DNA from: Eimeria praecox
Lineage: Eukaryota
Direction: 5' to 3'
Assembly (NCBI GenBank): GCA_963920595.1
Contig: OY986950.1
Coordinates: 372,001 to 436,000, forward strand
DNA: 64,000 nt
The stretch's first letter is position 1, and every line of letters starts with the position of its first letter. The notes under the pieces are model-generated. The model ran no database searches. It was not told the DNA's origin and was given only the letters and a program-made list of their open reading frames with translations. Made by a program: the position numbers and the translations under genes. Shown piece by piece: positions 38,721 to 52,110 of this stretch.

Positions 38721-41700
38721 ATGCACAGAGGTAGCTGTGTGGAGCCGTCGGCTCCAGCCTCGATCGAGGCAAGTCGCAGCTACTGCCTCACGAGAGAGTT
38801 TTTAGGTGATGAGGCTACAGGTCTAGGAGCCGCTAAGCGGACCCGGAGAGGCCTCAGGCCAGGCGGGGTTGCATCGGGTGATGGGGCCCCTGCGAAGCGT
38901 TTGAGGGCTCCAGCACAGGACGAGTTTGCTTCTGTTGCTGTTTCGGCTGAAAAGCGCGCTTCTGACTCGTCGGGTAGAGCTGATGGTGAGGAGGAGAGGT
39001 GGCGGCTTTTAGAGCAGCTGTCCCAGGTCATCCCAGCGGCAGGGACTTTGCTGCCAGAAGAGCCTCAGGCTAGTCATTACCAAGAGACCTCTCAGCCCGC
39101 CGTGAGCGACGTGCTTGATTGGGAAGCCTGCAACCGAGCTCTCGATAGACTTGTCAGGGCCAGCAAACCCCAAAGCAGTCTTGCAGTCGAGTGGGACTCC
39201 GGCCCTTCAAGCCACAGTAGGGACCTCGGTCTGTTCGACTTGCCCATAGAGGCCAGCACGGACTTGCATGCGACCGCTGGCAGCAATTTTCACGATCGCA
39301 CTGAGCATTTGGCTTCTCTTTTGGGGGACTCCGCTGAAGGCAGCTCTTTCTGTGTTGCCAAGGGGGACCTAGGGGCCAAGCGAACTACCAGCAATGCAGT
39401 CGATCCAATGAAAGAAAGGCAGAGGAGGGAGCTGCAGCATAAGAAGACCCTTGATCTGGCCTCGCAAATCGTGTCGAGGTTCAGAGGAGCCCGTCGTCCC
39501 GGCGTGCTGCAACTGCTGCACCGGTTCTTTTCCTGCAGCAGCCGGCAGGTGCGGGATCCCCAGGAGCTTGAAAAGCTTGTGGGTGCTTGCTGCTACATTA
39601 TAGCTCGGCAGCAAGGGGATGACATGACACTTAACGATGTAACTGCACAGCTGGAGAGGCGGCAAGGCTCTAAGGGGAGACAGCGCTGCCGTTGCATTAG
39701 CCGGTGGGTGGTGAAGGTGTGTGGCAAGCTGCAGTTGAGGTGTCTGCCTAGGCACGGAGACGCAGAGGCATTGGCCTCGAATGCTCTGAGGCGCATATGC
39801 TGTCACCTCAAGCTGCTGCTTACACAGCAGGAGCAGCAGGAACTGCTGCTGCTGCAAAGCCTGAAGGAGGCCTATAGGCAATGCCTGCGGCAGGAGGCAG
39901 CCGCAGGACCCGTCGAGGGCAGCACAGTCCAGCAGCAGCAAAAAGATGCAGCGCTTGCAGAACTTGATGACGAAGACCTGCTAGGGCTGCTCTTGCTGCA
40001 ACAGCAAGAGGAAGCTGCTGCAAATGCCCCTTCTGTTGAGAGTGGGTTGGGTTCTTCTGAAGGAGACATCCCCGATGTTGATGCATTTTTGAAGCAGTTT
40101 GATTCAGACTGCACTGCTAAGAGGACGCAAATCGAAGACGAGGCGTGGGAACAGCCAGCAGCAACAGCAGAAAGTGTAGTGTCTCTGGGTGCTGACGGTT
40201 CGTTGCAGCTGTCAGTCTCTCCAGGGCGGAAAGCGGGCAATGCAGGTTCTCGTCTGGGCGAATGGGACTCCGTGGCACCTTCCGAGGCCCCTTTGCTGGG
40301 AGGGGAGGCAACAGACCCTGCTGCGCTTGATGCGCAAATACAGCAGCACGAGTGCGTGCTGCGGCTGCTGCGGCTGTTGCCCAGCGCACAGCGTATCAAG
40401 CTAGACCATTCGATATGGTTGCAGAAGCAGAGGAAGCTGGCGTTGCAGCAGCTACGCGAACAGTCTTCCCTTGTCATTAAGTGCGTAGGGCTGTTGCAGC
40501 AGCTGACAAGTGTGGCATTTGCTGCTGCAGCCAAAAGAGGGTGCTTGCCCGCACCCACAGGTGTCTCCGAAACCTGCAGTAGGGACGATGTAGAAGCATT
40601 GGAGACGCCGCAAGTTGAGGCAAAGCCGACGGATGCGCAGCAAGGGGTGCCTGCCGAAGGAGAAGACCCACTTGATGAACACTGGGTAATTTTTGGTGGT
40701 GTTGGCCCCTTCTTTTCTGGTTGTGCCATAGGTGCAAGCTCTGCATGAGAAGTAATGCCACAAGAGTCGCAATAGGGATGTTAGGTAGCATTTAGAAGCT
40801 ACTTTTTGTTGTGTGTCTTCTCTTTTTTCGCAGAGAGCATGCGGACGATGTGATGCGATATCTACAGCGGCCCATTTCGTAATTGTTTTTGAGTGTCTGC
40901 AGGTTCGTTGCTTACCTGCCCTTCCCTTTGTTTCTGCATGTATTGCGTAACGAGCTGCCATTACTGTTTCTAGCTCCTAGTCTTGTTCTCTGCCTTGTTC
41001 TCCTTTATGCACCATCCCGCCTGTGTATATTTTGTTGCGGGTGCTCCATTTTGTTCTCGGGAGGTGAAATGTGTGCGCATCCAGGGGCTGAAGTGGTAAT
41101 GATTGGTCGCCCCCTTTGTTTGTTTGCTCAGGTTCCGGTTTTTCAACGCGTGGTTCTTGAGGCGCTTGAAGTGGACCGCCGCAGCGTCTACAACAGGCGT
41201 CGCGAGCAGCTCCATCTGACCATCAGCATTTTCAGGTTAGCAGCAGGTACCAGGCCCAGTTGGTTCGCCACAACTCGTTTCTCCTAAATCTCTGTCTATC
41301 CGTGTGTAAGCCTGCAGGGCTTTACCGATATTGGGCAGGGCTCTAAAAGAATATGCTTGCGTGCTTGTTGCCGCAGGAGACTTCCCGATGCAGGGGACGT
41401 AACAGTAAAGACATTGGGAAGGCTTTTAATGAGTGCAGTTAACGACCCAGAAACAACGAACAAGCTTCTACGGATAGCTGAGACTGTACCCTTAAGGCCT
41501 CCGGCTGGTGAGGGCTTGGATAGTCCTCCTGAAGAGAGACCAGGTGCCAGCTGTCAGACCAGTGGCCACTTCAGCAACCAGACAGTCTCCCGGAGCAGCG
41601 CGGAAGACCTCAGTTCGAGAAGCAGTGGCAATCATCGCGGCCACAGTCCTACAAGGCTTCCTTCCCCTGCTCTTCCATCACGGTCTCCGACGCCCCTGGG

Positions 41701-42598
41701 TGAGGCGGTGACCCATAAGGATTTATGCGATGCGGAAACCATCAGCAGCACTGCTGCTGCTGCTGCTTTGCGGGAACTGGAAGAGGGCGACCCTGTACTG
41801 GCCGAGACACCGATGGCCCGTGTGGTGTCTCTACAGTACGAAAGGACTCAGCAGCGATGGGTATGCAAGTGGAGGGAGGGCTTGGGGACAGGTGGCCGGT
41901 GGCACCGTCGTTGTTTCTCGGTTGTCAAGTACGGGGAAGACGGCGCTCATACATTGGCTGCCGCTGTAGCAAAAAAGCTCAGGGATAGGCGAAACCAAGA
42001 AGCTAACGGATTGAAGAATGGAACGGCCCTGCCTTCAGACGTTTCGCCACCTGCAGCAGATGTTACGCCTAACGGTGGGGCATCAAAAAGGGGCCCTAAA
42101 GGAGTCACGCCGACTGAGGCAGCCCCTCATAACCAACGGCATGCTGGCATTGCTAGCAGGGCTCGCAACAGGCGCAGTGCTGCAGCAGCACGTGCAGCTC
42201 CCGCTGATGCAGGTGCTCCAAGTTCCCATGACGCCGGCACATCGTACTCCTTTTCTCATATTGGAGAAGGCAAACGGGACTCTGTCCTTGCAAATATCCC
42301 AGCAGACCCCAATCTTTCCACAGTGGTGGCATCGGCTGCTTACAGCGATGAAATGGAACGCCTTGCTCAGTTGTTACGGAAGGCGAGAAGCAACCCTTTG
42401 CTTGCGAAGTGGCTGGATGAGCGGGCACCCCCACCGGGAGCGGCTGCATTGCGTGCTGCAGCGGAGTCAATCGTTCCTTACCTTGCACTGCAGACGGAAG
42501 CGGACAAAGCGCCAGCTGGAACTTCCGTGTCTCTTCGCCAGCAGCAGCAGGCTCTTCACAGAAGGGGGAGAGTGACAGGAGCAAGGGAAGGCATGTGA
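38721..42598 (+). CDS. TFIIB/BRF-like cyclin-fold protein with a C-terminal ApiAP2 DNA-binding domain (~1119 aa, 4 exons)
   Basis: Exons 38721-40685, 40834-40902, 41132-41235 and 41377-42598 join in frame with GT-AG introns. Cyclin repeat 1: LVGACCYIIARQQGDDMTLNDV...ISRWVVKVCGKLQL. Repeat 2: CGRCDAISTAAHFVIVFECLQVPVFQRVVLEALEVDRRSVYNRRREQL. AP2 domain at ~41813-41980: VVSLQYERTQQRWVCKWREG...WHRRCFSVVKYGEDGAHTLAAAVAKKL. The start codon is uncertain. Confidence 0.8.
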
Positions 42599-43418
42599 TT
42601 GCGTTGGCAACCGTGAGGATTAAGCCAACTTGTGAACCACTCAGCTCAAGTTCGTTCCTCTTCGGGGTGGTGTTACGGCGTTTCTGTAGTGCTTCTGCAT
42701 GCACGAAGCACTGTATTCTTAATGGGATTGTACAGAGCCGCAAGTGTGCGGTGGTGGCTATTGGCTGACACATTGTTTTGTTCCCACGTCCTTATCGCTT
42801 GTTTTGGCAGTGGGCATAATATACCACTTTCTTAAAAAAAAGGTTCTGTGTCGTCAAGTTGAACAGCAGTATCGCATGTGCGACGTAGTGAAGATAATGC
42901 TTTTTGTGTTGACTGTGGGTAGCTCGGAGGCTGCGCAGTGCCTCTGTGTGCTTGGGGCATTCCTCTAAATGCGGCTTGCCTTCTAAATGCGTGAATTGTA
43001 TACTTTTGGTCGTTTGTGCCTGCCGCATCGTGCACAGATGGCTTGAGGTGTCATTACTTAATGGCTTACCAAGCTCAGCCACCTACGCCATCTTTTGCAA
43101 AGTGGTGTGCAGGTGCACACACCATTGCATGCAGCTTCAGCCCAGCCGGTTTCGAATCCCCCAAATCTGTCCGGCTCTCTGCTCTTTTCGTCAATTGGCA
43201 AGAGTGCCGAAATGAGGCGCGCAGTGGAGTAACCCAAATATGCTCAGAGAGCAAACATTGATTATGCGGGAGGGGTCTCTTCTGCACAGCTTGCAACCAA
43301 TCGGTTTTACTGCTTTTTCTTGAGTTGCACGTAACCACACTTGCAGGCATGTCTTTTTCGCTAGTTCGAGCTAAACCCCTGAAGAAGTGTGTGGGAATAT
43401 GAACGAGTAGTAGGCACT

Positions 43419-46400
43419 TCAGGTGGACCATAGAATATGTAGGGCGGTTGCGCATAAGATCCACATCAGCGGTAGGAGTAAAGATGGAGCCAGCTGGCTT
43501 TCCCCTCCAGTAAAGTTGGGGTCGTACCCTCTCTCAGGTGTGGGGTATTCTGGTGTGAATGGGCCTGGCACAGTGTCAAAGTAGCTCATGGCGCGCCACA
43601 TGTTGACTACGCCATTTGTCCCGACGGCCCCTGCAGACAGAACGGATACGTCGGAAGGAGAAAACAGCTAAGCCAACTCAGAATGTCAAAACGGCTAAAC
43701 TAGCTCGGAATGGCATTTCTGCTTCATTTTAACTTGTCATGGCGTTGGAGGGCGTATCCCAGTCCTTCGCCGTTGTGTCTCACCAGCTAAGGCTTTGGAT
43801 CCAGTTACGGAGTACATGATGGCCTGCTCCACTTTCCTGCTTGCAGGTTCATCGCACTGATGCCAGCCTGGAGGAGTAGTTGACTCGAAATAGGCCCACA
43901 GAGAGGCAGCCATTCCAGCAACTATCGGAGCAGCGAAGGAAGTACCGTCGACGTATGTATAACCTGTAGCAACCGAAACGTTACAGGGCGGCTCGCCGCC
44001 CTGTGGCAAAATTTTTCGGCTGGATACAATGTTGTTCAGGTTGTTCCAGTCAAAATCAAAATCCAGCACACAAGTGTCTCCGTAATTTAGACCGAAATGT
44101 GGAAGCTACCTAACCTCCGTTGTGACTACTGCCAACTTGTAAGCAGAAAGCGAATAAGTGGTTCAATGTACTCACAGGAAGTGCAGCGTCGGTTCCCTGA
44201 GTTTGCTCTGTGGTTTGTCCCAGCGTAGATTAAAGTCCCCGGAGCTGCAACGTCAACCCCCTCACTTCCATAGTTGGAGAACGACGCCCGGAATCCAGCT
44301 ACATCGCTCGCCATAACATTCACTAGGCCTCGTAATCGGAATGCTCCAGGAGTGAAACTGAGACATAAGGTAGCTGCAGGCAGTGGCCCACGCTGAGCAC
44401 TCCTCCTCAGAAAAAACTGGCACTAACAATAGCGAATAAACCCCCTCTATCCCGCCGACGAACAAATTGCTAGTTCTTGTTTCTCATGCTGTGTGCGAAA
44501 TGGTCATTGGGGACCTACTAGCACCCTTCGTGCTCATCAATATTGCAGCCCGAATTCCCTGCCGCGGTGACTATCAAATGGTCGTGTTTGAGAGCCCTCA
44601 CAAAGGCCTCGTATTCCGCAGCGACGAATCTGTAAAAATATCCCTATTGGCAATAACCATGATGTCGCTATCGGTGAGAATGCAATCCTAGCAAGACCCT
44701 CATCATGCAGCTGCTAAATCGATTTTATTGCGCAGCGAATTGGGCAACAATCGCACTGAATATCAGGTCTCAAATGAGGATCTAGTTCCTTTTTGTTTAC
44801 CCTGGTCCGCCGTAGGAATGATTAGAGACCCGAGCCTTCATCTTGACCGCATAGTCGAGAGCAGGAATAGTTGTGGAAGTCCAAACACCTCGCCGGCTCC
44901 CGACGCGAAGGCACATTACTGTCGGATTGGAGAAAACTCCACGGCCTCCTCTGCCGTCATGAGCCCGAGCAGCCGCCACAGAGGTAACTAATGTGCCATG
45001 GCCCGAGTCATCCGTGAAAGGGTGCCCATTGTCTTCTACAAAATTCTGGTAAGAAGGAGCGAACGCATACCTACAGACCTACTCTCCGAAGACTGTCTCA
45101 ACGTGCAGGTAAGCAGCATCCGCATAGCTCGTGCATGCATCCAGCTTGATCAATTGTGTACATACAAAAATAAGTGGCATTGCCAGATGAGTGTTGTGTC
45201 TATCGTCCAGTGGTTCGGGAGTCTAAGCTATTTTGCTTACGCACAATAGGAGAAGCTATAGCTGTGCTGCCTATTTTGCTTACGCACAACAGGGAAAGCT
45301 ATAGCTTTGCTGCTTCCCCCTTTGTCGGTTCACAGCAAAAGTATTTCAGCATCAAGCGGGCAGAGCCCTTTGTGCCTTTAGCTACTCCACTGCTATCCAT
45401 ACAGCATAAACTTCCCATCGCTTCTATGTTTTCTTCGTTTTTGCTCTATAGAGTAGTTTGCTAGCTGGGAGTAGGGGGGTCTTACCCACCCAGCCAAAGC
45501 AGTCGTCAATATAGCCATTTTCGTCATCATCAATCCCATCCGTGCAATCCTTTTCCCCAGGATTGTCCCAGAATATGCTGCTTGCAACATCAAAGTCGTC
45601 AATAAAATCTTGGTGCAAGTAACACCCCGTGTCCAACACAGCCAATACTACGGGGATTGCTTCTGCATAAAACAATACCGAGCGTATGCATCCGCCTTTC
45701 AAAAAGTTCAGTGCTTGGCATTCGTTGTTCCAACAGAGCCCTGGAAGTCTCAGATATTGCTTTCCTAGTGTGGAGTGCACATAGACTATCCCCTGAAATG
45801 TGGCCGGTCTGAGGGAACGCTCGATAGAGCGGAACGTTCAAGAGTTCCAGCGTCCATCTATTTCGTGTCTCCTTGGCTTACTCGTGGCCCTTTCTATTTT
45901 CTGCCATGCCTTGTCTGCTTCCACGGTGAAGTTCCCAAAGAATGAGTGCAAATACCATTGTCTCATTTGGTACGGATCCCCTAGCAAGCCAGAAGGGGCC
46001 CGCAGAATCTGTGGAGAAGCGGAACCTTCGCCCGACATTTCTTGCTGATCGTGTTGGGTTGCTTGCAACTTTTGGAATCCTTGCAAGGACTCCAATGAGG
46101 GTTTCAAGCTCTGAACATCGACCTTGCGGTCCAACGATATTTCGTCAACGCACGCTACAGCAGCTTTGATTATCTTCCCGAGGGCCTCCTTTGCTTCATC
46201 GGAGCCTTCAGATAACGAATCTGCAACTCTCCTGATGCTCGGCAAGAACCCTGGAGGTGGCAGGTGAGACTGCAGGTCAGATGTGGACAAGATCAACAGC
46301 AGGTGATGCAGCACCCTTTTATTCCTTTTATCCTCGTGGCTGCAAATAAACTAGACGTTTTCGAGCGCAGAAATCGACGTACTCTACTAACAAATACGCC

Positions 46401-47440
46401 AATAATGTAGCCAAAAAACTGGTGAGATTCAAGTGCCTAGCACAATCTAGACTGCTCTTGCGATTATTTACTGCGTAGGGAAAAAGGTAGCGAACACTCA
46501 CGTTGCTGATGCGCAGTATATCTGTGTTAAGTGCTCCATAGTACGCGGCTCGCATGGATGGGCCCTCTAGGAACCTCAACCTAAGCCGATCTCGGCAGTT
46601 GGCCAGGCAACCTGTGAGCGTCAACCCTAATCTGGCATGCAGCCCCAAAGCACGGGCGAAGAGCCACAGCGCAAGGTGGCGCCCATTAACAATGTTCCGC
46701 GTGGAACCTTCTTGCAAGTCGTTTGCCCCAACTCGGTCTTGCATGTAGACTCCACCGCGAAGAAGCACTTTTTGTCCATGCAAGGCGCTATCTTTTTCCC
46801 CGAAAATTTGAAGAGGCACAGCTTCCCGAGCACTCACGGACTGCAAAGAAGAAGGTACTTTTTGTGGCAGGCTTTTCAGGCATCCAGGGTTCCATGCAAC
46901 TATAAGTCTAGAAGCCTCCTTCTCTCTGCCTTGGGCCAGTGAGTCTGCGATATTCTGGACAAAGTCGGGGGGAAAAAGCAGCTGAAGAGGCTCCCATACA
47001 TTCCCTGTGGAATACTAATTCTAGCGCGGCTAGGCAAGCAAAGATTTGACTGGCTATCTCGTGGATAGAGAGCACAATGCACTTTGCACGCCATGCCACT
47101 AACAGGCAGGATATGTGGATCTTGCCTCTCTAAAGGTACTTCGGGTTATGGCGGGGCCGAACACAGCGACTGCGTTAGCGTTGGCATGGTGTGTGGATGC
47201 GCTCATACCGCACCGTTCCCTGCGGACTTCAGGATTCCGAGGCAGCCTCTGGCCTCGCTCCTGCAGGTAGAAGCTGGCACAGAGAGAAGCACGAAGATGC
47301 TCTCTTCTTCTGGCATCGCTGTCGAGAGTCGTCTCGTCCGGTTGAACGCCTTCCACAGGAAAGCTCTTTACCCATGGCAGTGCAATGGCGAAGAGAACTG
47401 CAGTGAGGAGAGCAATTCTTGTCACTCTAGAAAGGTGCAT
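43419..47440 (-). CDS. Subtilisin-like (S8) serine protease with signal peptide, prodomain and hydrophobic GPI-type C-terminus (~746 aa, 9 exons)
   Basis: Exons 47440-47209, 46944-46502, 46350-45882, 45662-45490, 45045-44801, 44629-44525, 44357-44176, 43963-43784 and 43630-43419 join in frame. Catalytic motifs: LAVLDTG, GHGT, AAGN, GTSFAAP. Ca-binding-type loop DGIDDDENGYIDD. N-terminus MHLSRVTRIALLTAVLFAIALP. The 5' exon boundaries are less certain. Confidence 0.92.
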
Positions 47441-48568
47441 TCTCTCCTTTAACAGACAGATTTGCAGGAGACTGATGATGGACTAGGCAGCAGTAATTCG
47501 GTCTCCTCTGTCTTCCGCGTTAGCGGACAAGTAGGATGTCTGTTACAGTTGAAAGATAAATGACGTAACTCCATGAGGGTGCTGTACCACTGCATACTGA
47601 TCCCACTGGAGACCTTTACGAGCAGGTGAATGCGGAAGAATGAGCTCCAGGCGAAGCCACAGCGGGTCAAAGCAACCCGCACACATCGCCCATTTGTAGC
47701 GTCAATTAGTCATTTGCAGCTGTTTACTCCACTAAAATATCCTCTGTTCAACAGCGCTCTCGGCGAGACGAGCTCAAGTGGTCTTTTCAGCGGCATAAGC
47801 GATCCTCTCAGCGGATGTTGTGTCTCAGCTCAAACGGCATGGACACTAGCCAGCGTTACTTTTGTCAATCCTTCGTTGAGTATAGGAGCGATCCCATGGA
47901 CGTCTATGACTGAAATAAACTATTTACGAACAGGTTTGTGCTCAGTGGATCTTTTCTTCGACTCAAATCGGAGCCTAGGGAGCTGCATTGAGGGAAAGAG
48001 CGCTACCTTTCCTGAGCTCCCGGATCGTGCAAATGCGGCGCGTTAGCCCAAGTTGATAGCCTTTGTAAATATGAGATGGTTTAAACAGTGTTTTCTTGGG
48101 TAAAGTTTTACAATAAGAGTTGCATAATCTAATGTGGAGAAGTGGGAAGCGGCGGCTGACGACACCACACCAACCCCACCACCAGCTGCAGCCCCCGTCC
48201 TCGAAAGCAAGCTGCCGCCCCCAGAACCCATCACACACCTGTAGTATTCGCAAACCCCACTTGCTGCTGAAAATAGTCATAGAGATAAAGGCAGCGGAGT
48301 CAGTAGCTGTGGCAGGGCGGGAGTCATGCATAAAGATGCGACAGCTCCCCTCCAAAGCACCCTCCTGGATTGTGACGGATTTTTTCATAATATCACAACA
48401 GATGTGCATCCTTTCACGTTTATAGAGAAGCGCATGGACATTTAGAGCTCCTGGAGGCTCGCTAGTGCATGCACAGGCCGTTGGGGGGCCGAAGACCGGT
48501 GAAATCCGGACAACTTAAGCATCAGTTGAGTCGTCGCCATAACTGCTCCCCTTGTAGCTGCAGGGATC

Positions 48569-51214
48569 ATGGCAGGGGCCATGTGGTCCTCTGAGCGCAG
48601 GGGACGACAGCCTTCGTTCAAGGAGAGTGGAGCAAACCATGCACGGGTAGGCTCTCGGTGCCGACCGGGCTGCAGGCCCTCCACGACTTCAAGAGGGGTT
48701 AGCACTGCGTGCCGCAACAGCGTAAGTGCCAACGCCAGAAAACGCGAATCCGACATGACTGATGAGTACGACAACAAAGAAAACGCAAGCAGCAATACAG
48801 CCTGCTCTGAAAACACAACTTCAAGCACCTCCAACAGCAGCAACAGCAGCAGCGTCAACAGCAGTAGCAACAGCGGCAGTCGAAATCTAAGCAGGCCGCT
48901 CAAACTTCAGCGAAGGCTCAGTAGCAGGGCCTCGGCTGCACACAGTCTATCAAATGCGCCGTCTGCACTTGAGAGGAAATCAGATTTTTTGGGGAGCGAC
49001 GGTGGGGCCCCCCGGGTGCATCGCGAACTGCGGGGGCTCATTCTTGAAACCCCTTTGAAGAGCCGCCGTATGTCTGCATATTTCCCGGACTGGAGCCTCA
49101 ATCAGAAGCTCGATTTGTTGCTCAAGATGGGAATCGTAGCCACAACGAAGGTCAACGAAAGCGAGGAAGTGCACACCCTCAGCATCTGCGGCCAGTTCGC
49201 AGAGGAGAACCATCTGGCAATGCTGCAGGACAGCGACAGGGTATCCTACTACAGAAAGGTCCGCATCTGCCTTAATAACTCCCTCTCTTACGTGTTTTAT
49301 CCCCGCTTGTCTTGCATGCGTAGAATTGTAGCTGCCGCTTCTCGCGTTTAGCTCAAACAGTCACTCAATACCGCAGTGGCTTGCCAAACGACCATCTTTG
49401 TGAATGATAATACCAAACGACCATCTTTGTGAATGATAATACCAAACGACCATCTTTGTGAATGGTAATATCCAGAGGAGCTCAATAAGTCATTAAAGAG
49501 CCTCTTCAAAGACGTTCAATATGCTGATAGGATGAATAGCCATGACGGGGAATGCAAAAAATGGGAGAGCTTATCGATGCTGTTTTTTCCTTTGGATGTT
49601 CAGGCGATGTACTGGACAGGCGAAGCCAAGAGTGGAGGCAAAAGGCTGGTGGAAGGCCGCCGAATTCTTGAAATCGGCACAGGCCCCATATGCTTGCTTT
49701 CCATAAATGCAGTAAATGCAGGAGCCAAGCACGTCGTCGCCGTAGAGGCCTCTCGGCCTTCCCACTGCCGGGCAAAGAAGTTTGTAGAGGCCATTGGAAT
49801 GAGCCACAAGATCGACATACTTCACGGATACTCCAAACGGGTTCCTGCTCCCCTCTTCAAAAATCCAGAAGTTGTAATACATGAAATCATTGGCGACTTC
49901 GCTTCTCAAGAGGGTAAGTAAATTATCCGCGTTAATTAACCCCGTATGAACAATTCATCTTTCACAATGGCAGATGAATAAAAGATATTTCTTCCAAGTG
50001 CTCTCAAACCAGTCCGCAACAGCGAAGCTCATGAGCTGACTGTGTGAATTTACTTTCAGGGGTTGCGGATGCGCTTCTCGACGTGCAAGAGCGCACAGGA
50101 TCTATTCCGTTGAGTATTCCATTTGGTGCTGAAACCCTTATTTGCCCTGCCAGCTTGCCGGAGCCGGAACACTTTCTGTATCCTGCTCACTCGTATGAAG
50201 TGAGGCTCGCTCTATGGCTTTGTGTAACACCACAGCGCTGCACCGTCGCATTCCCCTCATCGTTTGCCTGCCCCTGCATGGGAGCTTCCGCTTCCTATTC
50301 TACCCGAGCAAACACTCTGCTCACTTGATCGCATTGGCCTCTTTTTGTGCATTAAAGTGTGCACCATGCTCGTGGCGTTTAATCGTTGCTCGCTCTGGAG
50401 AACATATGCAATGTGAGCGGGGCAGCATCCCTCTATAGCTGCAGGAAGACTATGATAGCTTGATGTAAAGGAACGGCGCTGTCCGTCGCATGCTTGTTTC
50501 AGGGTCGAAGCATCCTATCTCCCCGTCGTATTCTGCTGCAATCTGTCCGGCTAAATACAAGCCACCTGTTGCTGTGCGAAGATTTTCAAGCATTTGAAAC
50601 GCTTAAATTTCAAAGCCCTATGAAGGATCAGATGGAGCAAAGGAAAACGCTGAAGTTTGTCATTAGCAGACCCGGTTGTATGGCTGGTCTCCTCGCCGTC
50701 ATCAAAGTGAGCTCTATAATAATTTCGAACTAAACAGACGCAACTACTCTATGTATATTCGGAGTTCGATCTAATAGGCAAGTTCAGGCAGGTGGGCTGA
50801 TGCGCATTATGCTCCTTGCGGTCGTGTTTTGTTGCCATTCAGATTGAAATATACCCGGGTATGTTTTTTGGGACATTCCGGAATGGGGAGACTGACTCAT
50901 GGTATACCTCCTTGGTGCTGCTGCCGGAGGAGGTGCAAGTGGAACCTGGAGATACCATTAGTGTCGAGTCCTGCGCAGATATGAGAAACTACTCGAAAGT
51001 CCGCAGCGCCAAGCAACCTCAGAAATCGGGTTCTAAGATGGACTCAAGCCCTGTTCTCGTTTCCAAGCCCACGTACTCATTCACCGTCACTGTGTACAAG
51101 CCTTCGTTTAGTTTCCGCCGGCCATTCAAGAGTTTTCCGCCCATTGTCATTCCTTTTGAGGAACAGGCGCCCGTCCTGTGTGGTGCCACTCGCAGGTACG
51201 CGGACAAACGCTAG
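48569..51214 (+). CDS. Divergent protein arginine N-methyltransferase (PRMT family), ~571 aa, 5 exons
   Basis: Exons 48569-49258, 49604-49913, 50060-50199, 50503-50706 and 50843-51214 join in frame. Motifs: HLAMLQDSDRVSYYRKA, motif I ILEIGTG, post-I VVAVE, double-E loop HEIIGDFASQE. The N-terminal extension is Ser/Asn-rich. Confidence 0.88.
49384..49470. repeat. 29-bp minisatellite x3 in PRMT intron 1
   Basis: CCAAACGACCATCTTTGTGAATGATAATA three times, with one substitution in copy 3. Confidence 0.95.
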
Positions 51215-51864
51215 CAGCCGTTTGTTAACGCTACACTGTACTGTTTTCCGGGAATTGTTTACGAGCAGCTGATATGGCTAATTTGGCATCATTTGGCCGC
51301 CAACGACTCTAATTCCGCTATAGTTATATGCCGTAGTTGTCACCGTATGCACACAATGCTTCAAATGGTTGAGAGGATTGCGTGCAGCAGCTTGTCTGCC
51401 CTCTTCCATATTCACGTGCAGCAGCCCTGCACAAAACTGGCCCTGCAACGAACGAATACGGGAAGGACTGCATTTTTTTCAAGAGTCAAAGACTTTAGTA
51501 GATGTGCGTTTAATTAACCTGGCTTCCTTTCTGTAGAAAAATGAGCGTGTACACTTCGTGCTCACGAATTTATGGGCAGGCGCTGTATTTGAGTTGTTAA
51601 GGCAGCAGGGCTCACGATGAAACTCGTGTAGAGCATTTCCCCGTATAGAGGTTAGAATATGCAGCCCATTCATATCCTGACTGGGCTACTTTATTTCCCT
51701 CACAGGGCCTATCCGGCATGCAGCCAGTCCTTTTATGATCCCCTTCAATACTACACGGACGCCCGTCACCTAAAGCAGCTAGCATATCCATTCATGTCCC
51801 TCCCCTTCGCTAACGCTACATTGCACCTTCTACAGTTGTGGTACAAAGTATCACTCTATTTAAC

Positions 51865-52110
51865 CTAAACCAGAGTAGCTAAACAGCTCCCTTTCCTTCG
51901 CAAACGCTATTCTACAAACTTCCTCAAATGTAGTCCAGGGCATCACTCTATCTACCCTAACTCCTAAGACTAAGCTTGTAGCTACCCTACAACTCTAAAC
52001 TGGAGTAACTAAACAGCTTATGATTCGGGTCCCTTTCCTTCGCAAACGCTGTTCTACAAACTTCCTCAAATGTAGTCCAGGGCACCATTCTATTTACCCT
52101 AAGACTAAGC
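51865..52110. repeat. Imperfect ~130-140-bp direct duplication between the PRMT and serpin 3' ends
   Basis: CCCTTTCCTTCGCAAACGCT(A/G)TTCTACAAACTTCCTCAAATGTAGTCCAGGGCA occurs at 51889 and 52031, with matching flanks and small indels. Confidence 0.9.

Noticed and set aside
39369..40729. Long minus-strand ORFs (190 aa and 285 aa)
   Set aside because: Antisense shadows of the CAG-rich plus-strand exon of the TFIIB-AP2 gene.
43100..43176. tRNA-like GGTTTCGAATCCC
   Set aside because: There is an extra base in the T-loop motif, and no cloverleaf or acceptor stem can be formed.
48442..48903. 153-aa minus-strand Leu-rich ORF resembling a membrane protein
   Set aside because: Antisense reading of the AGC/AAC Ser/Asn tract in PRMT exon 1.
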